Source of the DNA: a virus
Direction: 5' to 3' (one strand)
Virus record (IMG/VR): IMGVR_UViG_3300035670_000068
Span: 32,001 to 96,000 of that record
DNA length: 64,000 bases
The translations under genes were made by a program, and so were the position numbers. The notes under the pieces are model-generated. The model saw nothing but the letters and a program-made list of their open reading frames with translations. It made no database searches and had not been told where the DNA came from. Of this stretch, positions 46,540-56,611 are shown in pieces (the stretch's first letter is position 1; each line of letters begins with the position of its first letter).

Positions 46540-47022
46540 TTACTTGCGCTTGAGATAGATTACCGAGAACGAGTCAGCGTTCGCCAGGTAGTTCGGGCCG
46601 TACATATTGCGGATGCGTCGCTTGAGTTCGCTGGCGGGCTTTTCGTGCGGCTCAGCGATCATTAGGTGGTTGTGCTGCGCGTGCTCCTTGAGCATTTCAT
46701 CCTTGTCGCCGCAGTGAACCGCTTTGACGATAGCCTCACCGACCTTCAAGCCTTCCCTGTTCAGGAGTCCAATCAACTGACCGGGTTTGACTCGACGGGA
46801 CCAGGCTGAGCCCAGGCGGAAGGTGTTGAACTCGTCACCCATGCCGTCGAGCTTCTTGAACGGGATCACCGGCTGATAGTCGGTGCAGACCTGCACCTTG
46901 TCGCCTTTGATCGAGCAGGATTGGCAGTTGCCACAGGCGTCACACAGTCCACTTTTCATGTGGTAGAACTCGGCGTCAACGACCTTCAAATGGCGCAGAT
47001 TACTGTTTATTGGTTGAGTCAT
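46540..47022 (-). CDS. Hypothetical protein (Cys cluster, possible ASCH/PUA-like domain)
   Basis: CDACGNCQSC; TFRLG...VKPGQ. Confidence 0.6.
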   Translation of the reverse strand: MTQPINSNLRHLKVVDAEFYHMKSGLCDACGNCQSCSIKGDKVQVCTDYQPVIPFKKLDGMGDEFNTFRLGSAWSRRVKPGQLIGLLNREGLKVGEAIVKAVHCGDKDEMLKEHAQHNHLMIAEPHEKPASELKRRIRNMYGPNYLANADSFSVIYLKRK

Positions 47023-47094
47023 GTTTCACCTACAAAGCAAAAGGGCGGAATGCCCGCCCTTTTGTTATAGGTGACTCACAGGTTAGTGAGTGAT

Positions 47095-47457
47095 CTATGC
47101 CTTACCAAACCGCGCTTCTGCCGCAGCGAGCCTTTTTTCGAGGCTCTGTCTCAGCTTGCTCGTCTTGGGCCTGTAACCCATTGCGCGACGAATGATGCGG
47201 ACGGCGAAGAACAGGAAGATGCACAGTGCCCAGGTCTGCATGAAGCCAGGCGTCTGCCAGCCAACCGGCAGGAAGGTCAGGTACACGCCCAGGCCGAACT
47301 TGGTCAGCAGGGTCCAGTAGATGACTGCCGGGATCAGTGCGAGAGCGCAGATGACGCCCACGAAGATCGAGATCGCCAGTACGAAGGCGCCCAGGATCAT
47401 CAGCAGTGCGCCAAGCGCCAGACCTACAACCTTCACACACTCAAGAAACGCCTTCAT
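47095..47457 (-). CDS. Membrane protein
   Basis: Several hydrophobic segments. Confidence 0.65.
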   Translation of the reverse strand: MKAFLECVKVVGLALGALLMILGAFVLAISIFVGVICALALIPAVIYWTLLTKFGLGVYLTFLPVGWQTPGFMQTWALCIFLFFAVRIIRRAMGYRPKTSKLRQSLEKRLAAAEARFGKA

Positions 47458-47458
47458 T

Positions 47459-48556
47459 TCACTCACCTTTTGCCAGTTCGGTGGAGAGATCGGACTCAGC
47501 AACGTCTTCGGGAACGTCCTCGCTGCTGTCGTCCACCAGAGCCATGAGCTTCTTCATGGCGTCGGGATCGGTCTGCAGATGCGCAACCAGGGCGGCCTCG
47601 AAATACTTCTTGCCCTCCCACTCGATGCGCTTGCCGTCGCGAACCATGAAGCCTTTGCGCAGCAGAAAGTCCACAGTCGAGCCGATCACGTCGATCAGAG
47701 CGCCGCCACCTTCCTTGAACAGCACACGCCACTTCGCTTTCTGGAACGGGCGAGCGACCTTGTTCTTGACGATGTTGGCGGTGATCTCCTGGCCGCTGAT
47801 CTGCTTCTCGTCGCCGGTCTTGCCGTTGGTGATCATCTTGCGACCCAGGCTGATGCGGATCGAGGCGTAGAACTCTGCAGCCTGGCCACCAGGAGTAGTG
47901 GTCGGATCGCCGAACATCACACCCGGCTTCATGCGAATCTGGTTCAGCAGCAGGACGGTCATGTTGTAGTCCTCTGCGAACTGCGCCAGGATCGGGTAGC
48001 TCTGAGAGGTGGCGGTCGCCAGGGCCAGCTTGTCGCGCATGTTGTAGTCGCCAGCAGCGCGACGGTTGCCCTTCTCGTCGTACAGCTTGTCGTGCGGGAT
48101 CATCGACGCCACAGAGTCGAATACCCACACCAGCGGGGCGTCGTCCGGGATCAGCTTGCGCTTGCGCACTTGCTCGGCGAAGGTCACAGCGATCTGGATC
48201 GACTCTTCGAAGGTCTGCGGACGCTTGTACACGAACAGACCAGTGTTCGGGTCGGTCTCCATACCCAGGCTGGCGGCGAGCTTCGGATCGAAGCTGCGTT
48301 CGTGGTCGCTGAAACCGGCGATACCGCCAGCTTCTTGGGCCGCCTTCATGATCATGGTGGCGATGAAGGTCTTACCAGAAGAGGCTGGACCGAAAATCTC
48401 GATCACTCGACCACCAGGGATGCCGTTCTCGTAGCTAGCAGACAGAGCCTTGTTCAGCTCCGGGATGCCGGTGTCGAGCCAGTTCTTGATGCCTACTTGC
48501 TCAGCGTTCTCACCGATGATGCCGGCGAGAGCTGCAGCCAATGCAGTCTTGGTCAT
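47459..48556 (-). CDS. recA: RecA/UvsX-like recombinase
   Basis: GRVIEIFGPASSGKT, DSVA, NQIRMKPGVMFGDPTTTPGG, KNKVARPF. Confidence 0.93.
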   Translation of the reverse strand: MTKTALAAALAGIIGENAEQVGIKNWLDTGIPELNKALSASYENGIPGGRVIEIFGPASSGKTFIATMIMKAAQEAGGIAGFSDHERSFDPKLAASLGMETDPNTGLFVYKRPQTFEESIQIAVTFAEQVRKRKLIPDDAPLVWVFDSVASMIPHDKLYDEKGNRRAAGDYNMRDKLALATATSQSYPILAQFAEDYNMTVLLLNQIRMKPGVMFGDPTTTPGGQAAEFYASIRISLGRKMITNGKTGDEKQISGQEITANIVKNKVARPFQKAKWRVLFKEGGGALIDVIGSTVDFLLRKGFMVRDGKRIEWEGKKYFEAALVAHLQTDPDAMKKLMALVDDSSEDVPEDVAESDLSTELAKGE

Positions 48557-48574
48557 TTTCTTGATCTCTCAGGT

Positions 48575-49540
48575 TTATTTGGCGAACTTTTCGAACGCCT
48601 GTTTCCATGCAGCCTCGTTCTTCACGATGCTCGCGAAGCTCAGCTCATGGCATTTATCGATGAAGCCATCCATGTCCATTGGGGAATGGGACTTGACGAT
48701 CTTCTCGATGATCTCGGTAGAGCGGTGGCGCTTGGACAGGAGGTTCATCAGCTGCATGTTGCGCTTGAAGATTTCCAGGCCATCGCCATAGGCGAAGTTG
48801 CTCAGCTTCTTGCGCCAGCGAGACAGCTCTTCCGGCAGGTCGCCCTTCTCGAACTCGCCGCTTGCATGGCTAGCGTGAGCGCCGGACCACTGGATGAACT
48901 TGGGGATGCTGCCGTACAGCTGGAACAGCAGAGCAAGGCACTTCTCCCCTACCCCTTCGACGCCGTTGATGTTGTCGCTGGAGTCGCCCAGGACAGCTTT
49001 CGCTTGGCTGAACAGAACGGGGTTGGCGTAGCCGGTCTTCTCTTCGAAGCTCATGGCAGTGATCAACCGGCCCTCTTCGCGAGGATCGAACCAGATCACG
49101 TCGGGGCATACGAGCTGGAGCCAGTCCTTGTCGCCGCTGACCAGGACGATCTTCTGACCAGGCTCGCGGTTGTGAACGATGGCAGCGCCCAGGTCGTCAG
49201 CTTCTTCACCTTGAGCCATCCACTGAGCTACGCCCAGCATCGAGAGCATCTTGCGAATGACCGGCGTCTGCTCCTTGTACGCAGCGCGAGACTTGACCTT
49301 CTCAGGACTGTCGTCGCGTTTGCCTTTGTACTCGGGGAAGATTTCGTAGCGCCACTTGGCTCGGGAGTCCCACAGAACGATCAGCTCGGAGGCGTCTTGA
49401 CCGAAACGATCGATCACCGCCTTGATCATCTTGAGGGTGAAGAAAATTGCTTGGACTTGCTTGCCGTGAACGGTCAGCTCGCGAACGCTATGGGCTGCAT
49501 AGCCGATGGAGTTGCCGTCGATGACAATCTTGGTGCTCAT
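48575..49540 (-). CDS. 5'-3' exonuclease / flap endonuclease (RNase H-like)
   Basis: IDGN, YKGKR, EADD, SGDKDWLQL, GDSSDNINGV.GVGEK. Confidence 0.92.
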   Translation of the reverse strand: MSTKIVIDGNSIGYAAHSVRELTVHGKQVQAIFFTLKMIKAVIDRFGQDASELIVLWDSRAKWRYEIFPEYKGKRDDSPEKVKSRAAYKEQTPVIRKMLSMLGVAQWMAQGEEADDLGAAIVHNREPGQKIVLVSGDKDWLQLVCPDVIWFDPREEGRLITAMSFEEKTGYANPVLFSQAKAVLGDSSDNINGVEGVGEKCLALLFQLYGSIPKFIQWSGAHASHASGEFEKGDLPEELSRWRKKLSNFAYGDGLEIFKRNMQLMNLLSKRHRSTEIIEKIVKSHSPMDMDGFIDKCHELSFASIVKNEAAWKQAFEKFAK

Positions 49541-49615
49541 ACTCGACTCCTGGATGAAGTGAGGGGCCGTTAAGCCCCTCACATTGCTTTGCCTAACTCA
49601 CTTGTTAGTGAGGTA

Positions 49616-50431
49616 TTAGCCCAGCAGTTCATCCAGCTCGTCGAGGTCGTCCATGTCCAGGTCAGCAGGCTTGGAAGCCGAGCCGCTTACCGGGATATAG
49701 TCGGCGTCTTCCGCGTCGGACATATCAGCCAGAGCAGCGCTGCTGCGCGAAGCAGGCAGAGCAGTGGCCGGCGCCGAGACGCCGATGATAGTGCCGATTG
49801 CGTTCAGAGCTTTCAGCTGGCCAGCGGAGTTTTCCTGAGCAACGAACTCGTCCAGGTTCACCAGGTTCACCAGAACCGCTTTGTTCACCGGAGTGGACTT
49901 CGCGCTCGGGAGAACGGTGTAGCTGGTATCCAGACCAGAGCCTTCACGCTTGATCTTGATATCGATGCCGCTGTCCAGGTCGGTGATATCACCGTATTCC
50001 TTGACCAGTTCGCAGATGGACTCGAACACACCCTGACCAACTTCGAGCACCTGGACTTTGGTCGGCTCGGAGCCGGTCAGGTGCAGGACGTTCATCAGGT
50101 AGCGCTGGGCGGAACCAGCTTTCTTGAGGTATTCGGTCATCTTGTCGTCGGTGGAAACACCGAGCGACTTCTTGATGCACTCGCAGACTTCACAGGGCTT
50201 ACCGAAGGTCTTCTCGGTGCAGACGTAGACCGCTTCCGGCTTGTCACCGGAGGCCGGCGACTTGATGAAGTGGATCGCCCAGTCGTGCCAGAACTGCTTG
50301 TCGTCACCACCGCGCCAGCCAGGCAGGATGCGATAGCGATGATCACCGGCTGCCGGTTTCAGAGTCGCTTGACGCGACTTCTTGGCTGCCATTTCTTTCT
50401 GCTTGTTCTGGATCAGTGCGAGAATATCCAT
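49616..50431 (-). CDS. gp32-like single-stranded DNA-binding protein
   Basis: RILP, H..C..C..C Zn site, G.DIKIKREG.GLDTSY, acidic tail. Confidence 0.75.
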   Translation of the reverse strand: MDILALIQNKQKEMAAKKSRQATLKPAAGDHRYRILPGWRGGDDKQFWHDWAIHFIKSPASGDKPEAVYVCTEKTFGKPCEVCECIKKSLGVSTDDKMTEYLKKAGSAQRYLMNVLHLTGSEPTKVQVLEVGQGVFESICELVKEYGDITDLDSGIDIKIKREGSGLDTSYTVLPSAKSTPVNKAVLVNLVNLDEFVAQENSAGQLKALNAIGTIIGVSAPATALPASRSSAALADMSDAEDADYIPVSGSASKPADLDMDDLDELDELLG

Positions 50432-50553
50432 AGTTTTTACGCCTCGTTTCGGATGTTGGGATTTTTCGAATCTTCGAATCTTCGGATTTTTCAGACTCAC
50501 CAACTAAGCAGCTCGCCGTAACTAACTGCTTAGTGATGTTTGTAGTCTAACAG

Positions 50554-51066
50554 TCAGTCGCACGAACTGCTAGAGGTAGAACAAGAGCTGCCGCTATCGC
50601 TGCTCGAACTGCCGCCCCAGGAGCTCGAACTGCCGCAACTGCGGGAGCTTTCGTAGCTGCTGGAAGAGCTGTACGACGGCTCACAGGAGCTGCTGCGCGA
50701 AGAGCGGTCGTCGTCCAGGTTCAGCGGGTTTGCCGGGTTCAACGGATGCGACACGCTCATGGGGTTCAGCGGGTTGCTCAGATCGTTGTCATAGCGACGT
50801 GCCGGCGTTGCGTGCGCGGTCGGCTTCGGTTCGCGTCGAGTCGCAGGTGCAGCCTTTGCGACCGGCTTCGGTCGGCTGATCTGATCAACACGAACAGGCG
50901 GAACAACCAGATCGCTGGCGAAGGTAGGAGCTCGACGAGCCTCGATCTTCTTCTCCAGCTCACGGATCGCCTGTTGGCGCACGCGGTTGGTGTCGCGATA
51001 GATGGCATAGCCAACAGCTACAACAGTGAGCAGTGTGGCGCCGCCCAGGATCAGTTCAGTGTTCAT
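50554..51066 (-). CDS. Membrane-anchored protein with Ser-rich tail
   Basis: N-terminal TM helix, NPLNP repeats, low-complexity Ser tail. Confidence 0.65.
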   Translation of the reverse strand: MNTELILGGATLLTVVAVGYAIYRDTNRVRQQAIRELEKKIEARRAPTFASDLVVPPVRVDQISRPKPVAKAAPATRREPKPTAHATPARRYDNDLSNPLNPMSVSHPLNPANPLNLDDDRSSRSSSCEPSYSSSSSYESSRSCGSSSSWGGSSSSDSGSSCSTSSSSCD

Positions 51067-51980
51067 GCGGTTTTACCCAATGCTGCGAGGGCGGCTGCGC
51101 CCGGATGTTCTTTGGTACGGACGCTGCCCTGCGCTTCTGCACGCAGATCGGCGCCAACTTGGATCAGCATGTCCCGGCGATGGCGGAAGCTGTCAGCGGC
51201 AGACTTGACCATTTCGGCAATAGCCTTCGCTTCGTGCTTGCGCATCAGGGTCTTCTGATACTTGGTGTCCTTGATGATCGCGGACTTGATCATGTTCTCG
51301 GTCGCTTTCGTACCGGCGCTGGCGAAGGCGTCGCGATACTTCTGATCCAACTGAGCTTCAACCAGGTCAACCTGTTGATCTGCGCGGTCAGCCTGGAACT
51401 GAGCCTTGTGTGCGAGCATCGAGTAGTGGGCGAACAGTGAGGCTTGGCGGGTCATCGCCAGACTGATGTTGGTCTGAGTGAACGCCAGGTCTTCGCGAAG
51501 CTGATCCGGGTCAATGTAGGTCCGCAGGTCAGAGCTGGGGGAGAAATCGTCCACCACCTCTTCACGCTTCGGTTCGACCGGCTCGGGCTTGGTCGGCTCA
51601 GCAGCTTCGACGGAGGCGAGTAGAGCTTCGACTTCATCGACCTCTTCACCGATGCCTTCTTCGATCAGCGCCAGCTCTTCGGCTTGCTGTTCTTCGGTCA
51701 GCTCGCGGGCGGCGATCACGTTGTCCTGGGGCAGCTCGGTCAGAGCTTCTTGAGCCAGGTCTTCTGCAGTCACCTTCTCGGCGACTTCCGACTGCGGCTG
51801 CTCGATCTCTTCCAGGGCGGCCAGATCAGCCTCGTCCAGCTCGATCTCCGCTACCGGCTCTGCAGCCTTCGGCGCTTCAACTACGGGCGTGGTTTCGGCT
51901 GCAGCGATTGCCTCGATATCTTCATCGAGACCGGCAAGCAGCGCCTCCAGCTCGTCGATTTCTACTTCGGGTTTGGACAT
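51063..51980 (-). CDS. UvsY-like recombination mediator with long acidic N-terminus
   Basis: C-terminal helical domain K.TE.MI..AI.KD..Y...F.HR..ML; context beside the SSB and recA genes. Confidence 0.6.
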   Translation of the reverse strand: MSKPEVEIDELEALLAGLDEDIEAIAAAETTPVVEAPKAAEPVAEIELDEADLAALEEIEQPQSEVAEKVTAEDLAQEALTELPQDNVIAARELTEEQQAEELALIEEGIGEEVDEVEALLASVEAAEPTKPEPVEPKREEVVDDFSPSSDLRTYIDPDQLREDLAFTQTNISLAMTRQASLFAHYSMLAHKAQFQADRADQQVDLVEAQLDQKYRDAFASAGTKATENMIKSAIIKDTKYQKTLMRKHEAKAIAEMVKSAADSFRHRRDMLIQVGADLRAEAQGSVRTKEHPGAAALAALGKTA

Positions 51981-52037
51981 TTCTGTGCCTCGTTCTCGTT
52001 GTTTCTGCGACTATTAACTAACTATTTAGTGAGGGGC

Positions 52038-55000
52038 TCAAGTAAAAATCTCTGCTACCTGAGCGAATACCGCATCGAGCAGTCCTTGTTTCGAACCGTC
52101 GAAGGCGATTTGTGCAGGGTTGAGTCCAAAGACGATGGTGCAATCCATCTTCGGGTCATAGTGGCTCTTGCCCACCAGCTCTTCCCATCCACCTTTCACC
52201 TCCGGGACCAGGTGTCGAATCGTCTTCGTACCCAGCGCCACGATGACAGGCGGTTTAAGCAGCTCGATCTCTCGACGCAAGTATCCTGCGCAGCCGTTGA
52301 TCATGGAGTTCTCAAGCTCCATTTCCTTCGGCTTGCGGGCCTTTATCAGAGAGGTCATGTAAACGTCCTTCATCTTGAAGCCATGCTTGTCCATCGCTTC
52401 TTTGATGTAGCCGGCCGTATCGCCCACGCCGAACATGCCCTTCTCTTCCTCTTTCCAGGTCGGCATGTCGGTGATCAGCATCATGCGGGGCTTCTTACCC
52501 AGCGAGGGGTTCGGGTGCGTCAGACCGCCCAGCGGGCAAGCAGAGCAAGCGCACGTCTCGTCCACGATCTTGACCAGCTCACCCGCGACATACGGGTCAA
52601 CCATGATCACCCGCTCAGCCTTCACGTTGTTCGTGACGATACCCGGCAAGAGCTCCTTCTGATCACGAAGTCGATCAGGGTGCCTGGCGTCAGGCTGAGT
52701 AGGCTCGATCTCTGCGAAGGCGCCCACTTTGTCCAGGGACTCTTGGACCCTGACGTTGCAGGATCGTCTGTTCACCCGCGCAATGAAGTCAGCCTTGTCT
52801 TTGAACGGGCCGCCCTTTCTCGCCTCCAGGATCGCCTGCGCGCCTGTTTCGGATAGACCCTTGATCGCTTGGAACGGCGCGTACAGCACCTTCTGCCCGC
52901 GACGGTGGTCATAGCCAATCTCGTAGCGGTCGGAAGACTTGTTGATGCTCGGCGGCACGATGTTGATTTCGTGCTCCAGGGCGTCTTTAGCCAGGCCCTG
53001 CAGGCGGTCTTCTGCCAGGATGCTCATGCAAGCGGCGAAGAAAGCCTCCGGGTGGTAGGTCTTCACCCACATCGTAATGTAGGAGATCAGGGTGTAAGCG
53101 GTTGCGTGCGACTTGTTGAAGGCGTAGCCGGCGAACTTCTCGATCTGCTCGAACAGGTTGGTGGCCACCAGGCGGTCCAGGCCCGAGACAGATTCACAGC
53201 CATCGACGAACTTGTCGCGCTGCTCGGCCATCTTGATCGGGTCTTTCTTACCCATGATCTTGCGCAGCCCGTCCGCTTCGGCCATCGAGTAGCCTGCCAG
53301 GTCTCGGGCCACCTGCATCACCTGCTCCTGGTACACGATGACCGAGTAGGTTTCGCGAAGTGCAGGCTCTACGCTCGGGTGGATGTACTCGGGCGACTCG
53401 AAGCCTCGCTTGATCTTGACGTACTGATCCATCAGACCGGATTGCATCGGGCCTGGTCGATAGAGCGCTGTGGCAGCTGTTAGGTCGTCGAAGGTCAAGT
53501 TGCCCTCGCTGCCCAGGTCTTTCAGCAGCCGTCGCATACCGCCCGACTCGAACTGGAATACACCGAACGTCTTGCCGGCTGCGAACGAGTCGAGAACCTT
53601 TCTGTCATCCAGGCGCAGCGTCGTGAAGTCGACCTCGACCCCCGTCTGTTCCTTGATGTAGCTCTTGGCCAGGCGCATCACGTCCAGGTTGGAAAGACCC
53701 AGCACGTCGAGCTTGATCAGACCGAAGTCCTCGACCACGCGCTTGTCCCAATTCACGACGTTCATGCCTTTGTCGTTCTTGAGGACGGCTCGATTCGCTA
53801 CCGGCTCGCCGGCGACGATCACGCCCGCTGCGTGCTGAGCGAAGTTACGGAAGCAGCCCTGCAGACCGACAGCCGTTTTCCAGACGGTCGGGTTGGCAAT
53901 GGCGAAGCTCTCCAGCTCGGGCACCATCGCGACCGCTTCTTCAATCGGGATCGGCTGACCCGCTTCTTTCGGGACCAGCTTGGAGCAGTCGTAGTCGGAC
54001 TCGCTCAGACCGTGCGCCTTGCCAGTCTCGCGAATCGCGCCCGCGCCCGCGATGGTGTTGTAGTTGGCGATACAGGCTACCCGGTCCTCACCGAAGTGCT
54101 CGACCAGGTGCTCAACCACGTCCTGACGGCGGCTCGACATAAAGTCGAGGTCGATATCGGGAAGGTCGATACGCTCCGGGTTCAGGAAGCGCTCGAAGAT
54201 CAGGCCGAAACGGATCGGGTCCACGTCAGTGATGCCCATCAGGTAGGCGACAAGCGAACCGCCGACAGAGCCCCGACCTGGACCTACTGTGATCTCGTTG
54301 CTCTTCGACCAGTCCACGATGTAGCTCACCAGGAGGAAGTAGTCCTCAAAGCCCATGCGGTTCAGAACGCCCAGCTCGTACTTGAGGCGATCTCGATAGA
54401 CCGGAATCTGCGATGCGTCAGGCTTGTAGCCAAACACCTCTTTCGTCAGGCGCTTCGACCAGCCCTTTCTGCACTGCTCAACCAGGGCAGCCAGCGGATT
54501 CGGGGCCATTTGCGGTAGGCTGACGGGCATCTTGTCCCACTTGTAGGTGGTGCAGATGAAATACTGGTCGGTGGCGTCTTCTGCGCGATCAAAGACCACT
54601 TTCAGATCGGACTCGGCGTAACCGAACTTGGTCAGGCGCTCGATGGTCTGGTTGATCTCGTAGCGCATTTCACCCGGCGTCAGAACGTGCAGGTCTTCTG
54701 CTGGCTCACGGCGGAAGGTGTCAGTGACCTTCTGGTGATCCAGGATGCAGTTCATCGTGTTGCGGAAAGCCACCTCGCCTTTGCTGTTCAGCGTGGGCCT
54801 GGTGATGATCGATCCAAAGCCCCAGCGGCCAATCGCCTCGCAGGCCTTTGCGTTGTGTCTGTCGTAGTACAGCGAGTTCACGGGAACGAGCTCTACGCAC
54901 GCGGCAACGTCGCTACAAGCGTCGGCAATCTTCTTGCACTTGTCGTATGCGTCTTTCATGGAGAACACGCTGTACGCACTTCCCAGCGTCATCCCGATGT

Positions 55001-55412
55001 TGCCCCGCTTGAAGACCTCAAGCACCTCGTCGAGCGAGAGCTGGGGTCGCGCCGGCTTCTTGCAGCGATGATCCTCTCTGTTCGCCAGGGTCAGCAGACC
55101 GATAATGTCCTTGAAGCCTTCTTCGTTGTTCGCCATCAGGGTTGGCATGAAGAACGGGTTCGGTGCTTTGCGCGGCTCACCACGCTTCGCTGCCACCCAA
55201 TTCAGATCGTCCACGACATACACCTGGACGGCCAGGCCGATATCGACACCATCAGCCTTCTGACTCAGGATCGGCATCGCGTCGATACTGTGAACGTCAC
55301 TGACAACCAGGCCTTCCCAGCCCGCTTTCGCTACGTCCTTGACCAGATGCTCGGGATTGCAGATCGACTCCCCGAGCGAGAAGTGCGTCTTGGCTCCGAT
55401 CAGAACCTTCAT
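52038..55412 (-). CDS. dnaE: DNA polymerase III alpha (DnaE) with C-terminal UDG4-like domain
   Basis: GPGRGSVGGSLVAY, FERFLNPER..LPDIDLDF, HAAGV, KLDVLGL, FQFES, YQEQ, FNKSH; tail CSACPL...LRREIELLKPPVIVALG. Confidence 0.95.
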   Translation of the reverse strand: MKVLIGAKTHFSLGESICNPEHLVKDVAKAGWEGLVVSDVHSIDAMPILSQKADGVDIGLAVQVYVVDDLNWVAAKRGEPRKAPNPFFMPTLMANNEEGFKDIIGLLTLANREDHRCKKPARPQLSLDEVLEVFKRGNIGMTLGSAYSVFSMKDAYDKCKKIADACSDVAACVELVPVNSLYYDRHNAKACEAIGRWGFGSIITRPTLNSKGEVAFRNTMNCILDHQKVTDTFRREPAEDLHVLTPGEMRYEINQTIERLTKFGYAESDLKVVFDRAEDATDQYFICTTYKWDKMPVSLPQMAPNPLAALVEQCRKGWSKRLTKEVFGYKPDASQIPVYRDRLKYELGVLNRMGFEDYFLLVSYIVDWSKSNEITVGPGRGSVGGSLVAYLMGITDVDPIRFGLIFERFLNPERIDLPDIDLDFMSSRRQDVVEHLVEHFGEDRVACIANYNTIAGAGAIRETGKAHGLSESDYDCSKLVPKEAGQPIPIEEAVAMVPELESFAIANPTVWKTAVGLQGCFRNFAQHAAGVIVAGEPVANRAVLKNDKGMNVVNWDKRVVEDFGLIKLDVLGLSNLDVMRLAKSYIKEQTGVEVDFTTLRLDDRKVLDSFAAGKTFGVFQFESGGMRRLLKDLGSEGNLTFDDLTAATALYRPGPMQSGLMDQYVKIKRGFESPEYIHPSVEPALRETYSVIVYQEQVMQVARDLAGYSMAEADGLRKIMGKKDPIKMAEQRDKFVDGCESVSGLDRLVATNLFEQIEKFAGYAFNKSHATAYTLISYITMWVKTYHPEAFFAACMSILAEDRLQGLAKDALEHEINIVPPSINKSSDRYEIGYDHRRGQKVLYAPFQAIKGLSETGAQAILEARKGGPFKDKADFIARVNRRSCNVRVQESLDKVGAFAEIEPTQPDARHPDRLRDQKELLPGIVTNNVKAERVIMVDPYVAGELVKIVDETCACSACPLGGLTHPNPSLGKKPRMMLITDMPTWKEEEKGMFGVGDTAGYIKEAMDKHGFKMKDVYMTSLIKARKPKEMELENSMINGCAGYLRREIELLKPPVIVALGTKTIRHLVPEVKGGWEELVGKSHYDPKMDCTIVFGLNPAQIAFDGSKQGLLDAVFAQVAEIFT

Positions 55413-55984
55413 TGATTGCCCCTTACTACAAAGCAGCCATCTTGCTCCAGGATGATCCCGAGCTTCTGAACTGCCGCGATAACAATCGACGCCTGGGAAG
55501 ACGCCGTTCCGTTGGTGTAATCGAACGCTCGCTTCAAAGCCTCGATGAAGGCCTGGCGAGTCGTTGGGCCGGCGATCAGCAGATCGAACAGAACCTCGAC
55601 AGTCGCTGGCTTTTGACCGCGCATCGAGTTCACACCGGCGAGCAGACTCTTACGATGGTTGACCCCCACCTGGATCATCGCTCGCGCTGTGCGGGCCGCA
55701 TGATTCGGCAGGCTGGAGATCAGGGCCTCGACTGCTTCTGGCAGTTTTGGCTTGTTGCTGGCGGCTTGTTGAGCCTTCTCTTCACGCTTTGCGGCCTTTC
55801 TCTTGACCGCCTCTTCTTGCATGAGCTTTACCAAGCTGTCAGTTCCGACAATCTGCGACAGCTGGGCAATGGATTCTTTGGCGGCTTCTCCGCACGCCTC
55901 TTTGTAGCTGCAGGTTTGGCAAACCTGGGAGCGCACGTTGTAGGTCACTGCAAAACCGAAACAACCTGGCTTTTCAAACTGCAT
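55409..55984 (-). CDS. Hypothetical protein with N-terminal Cys cluster
   Basis: PGCFG...CQTC...C; GGAG RBS. Confidence 0.7.
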   Translation of the reverse strand: MQFEKPGCFGFAVTYNVRSQVCQTCSYKEACGEAAKESIAQLSQIVGTDSLVKLMQEEAVKRKAAKREEKAQQAASNKPKLPEAVEALISSLPNHAARTARAMIQVGVNHRKSLLAGVNSMRGQKPATVEVLFDLLIAGPTTRQAFIEALKRAFDYTNGTASSQASIVIAAVQKLGIILEQDGCFVVRGNQ

Positions 55985-56582
55985 GGTCAAGCTCCAGGCG
56001 CTTAACCTCTTCCTTCGCCCTGGACAACTCGCTGCTGCTAACACCAATCGCTGCCATCAGAGAGGCTACGAAGTTCAGGTTCAGCTCTGGCGGGTAGCGC
56101 TCGTCGATACCCAAGCTGCTTGCCATCTTTCGCTTTGCCTCAACTGCTGCGAACTGGTCTTTGATCTCCTTCGGCGGGTTCAGCAGAAGCTCTGCCATCA
56201 ACTTCGCTACCGGAGACAGCGCGTTCATTGCCTCTTCAACTCGCTTCCCGGCTTGGAACTCAAGCTCAGGGTTTTGGCTCTCGTCTTCCACGAAATCCAG
56301 AACCGAAAGGTCGTCATCGATCTCCAGGCTCTGCGTGCGTTCATCGATCATTCGACCAAGCATGTTGTGGAAGTGGTGGTTCGCTGCGACGTTGAAGTAG
56401 GTGGAAAAGGCCCAGCCCTTTGTTGGATCGAACTTCTTGAATGCGTAGATGAAAACCATGAAGCCCTCTTGAACCAGGTCGTTGTAGTCCATCGACACAC
56501 CAGCCTTCTCAAAACTCTTCGCCCACTTTCGTGCAACGTAGTGGACAAGCGCTTGATGGTTCAGAGGGTTCATGGGCAGCAT
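55974..56582 (-). CDS. Phage RNA polymerase sigma-70-like factor
   Basis: Region 2 pattern LVHYVA...DLVQEG.....A..KFDP.KG..FSTY. Confidence 0.8.
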   Translation of the reverse strand: MLPMNPLNHQALVHYVARKWAKSFEKAGVSMDYNDLVQEGFMVFIYAFKKFDPTKGWAFSTYFNVAANHHFHNMLGRMIDERTQSLEIDDDLSVLDFVEDESQNPELEFQAGKRVEEAMNALSPVAKLMAELLLNPPKEIKDQFAAVEAKRKMASSLGIDERYPPELNLNFVASLMAAIGVSSSELSRAKEEVKRLELDHAV

Positions 56583-56611
56583 CCTTGCTATTTCACCGAT
56601 TAGTTAGAGCA

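Noticed and set aside
47321-49573. Long antisense ORFs (also 568-1923, 39540-41159, 58014-59831, 56531-57847, 33631-34770)
   Set aside because: These are shadows of strongly codon-biased genes on the opposite strand and have no recognisable motifs.
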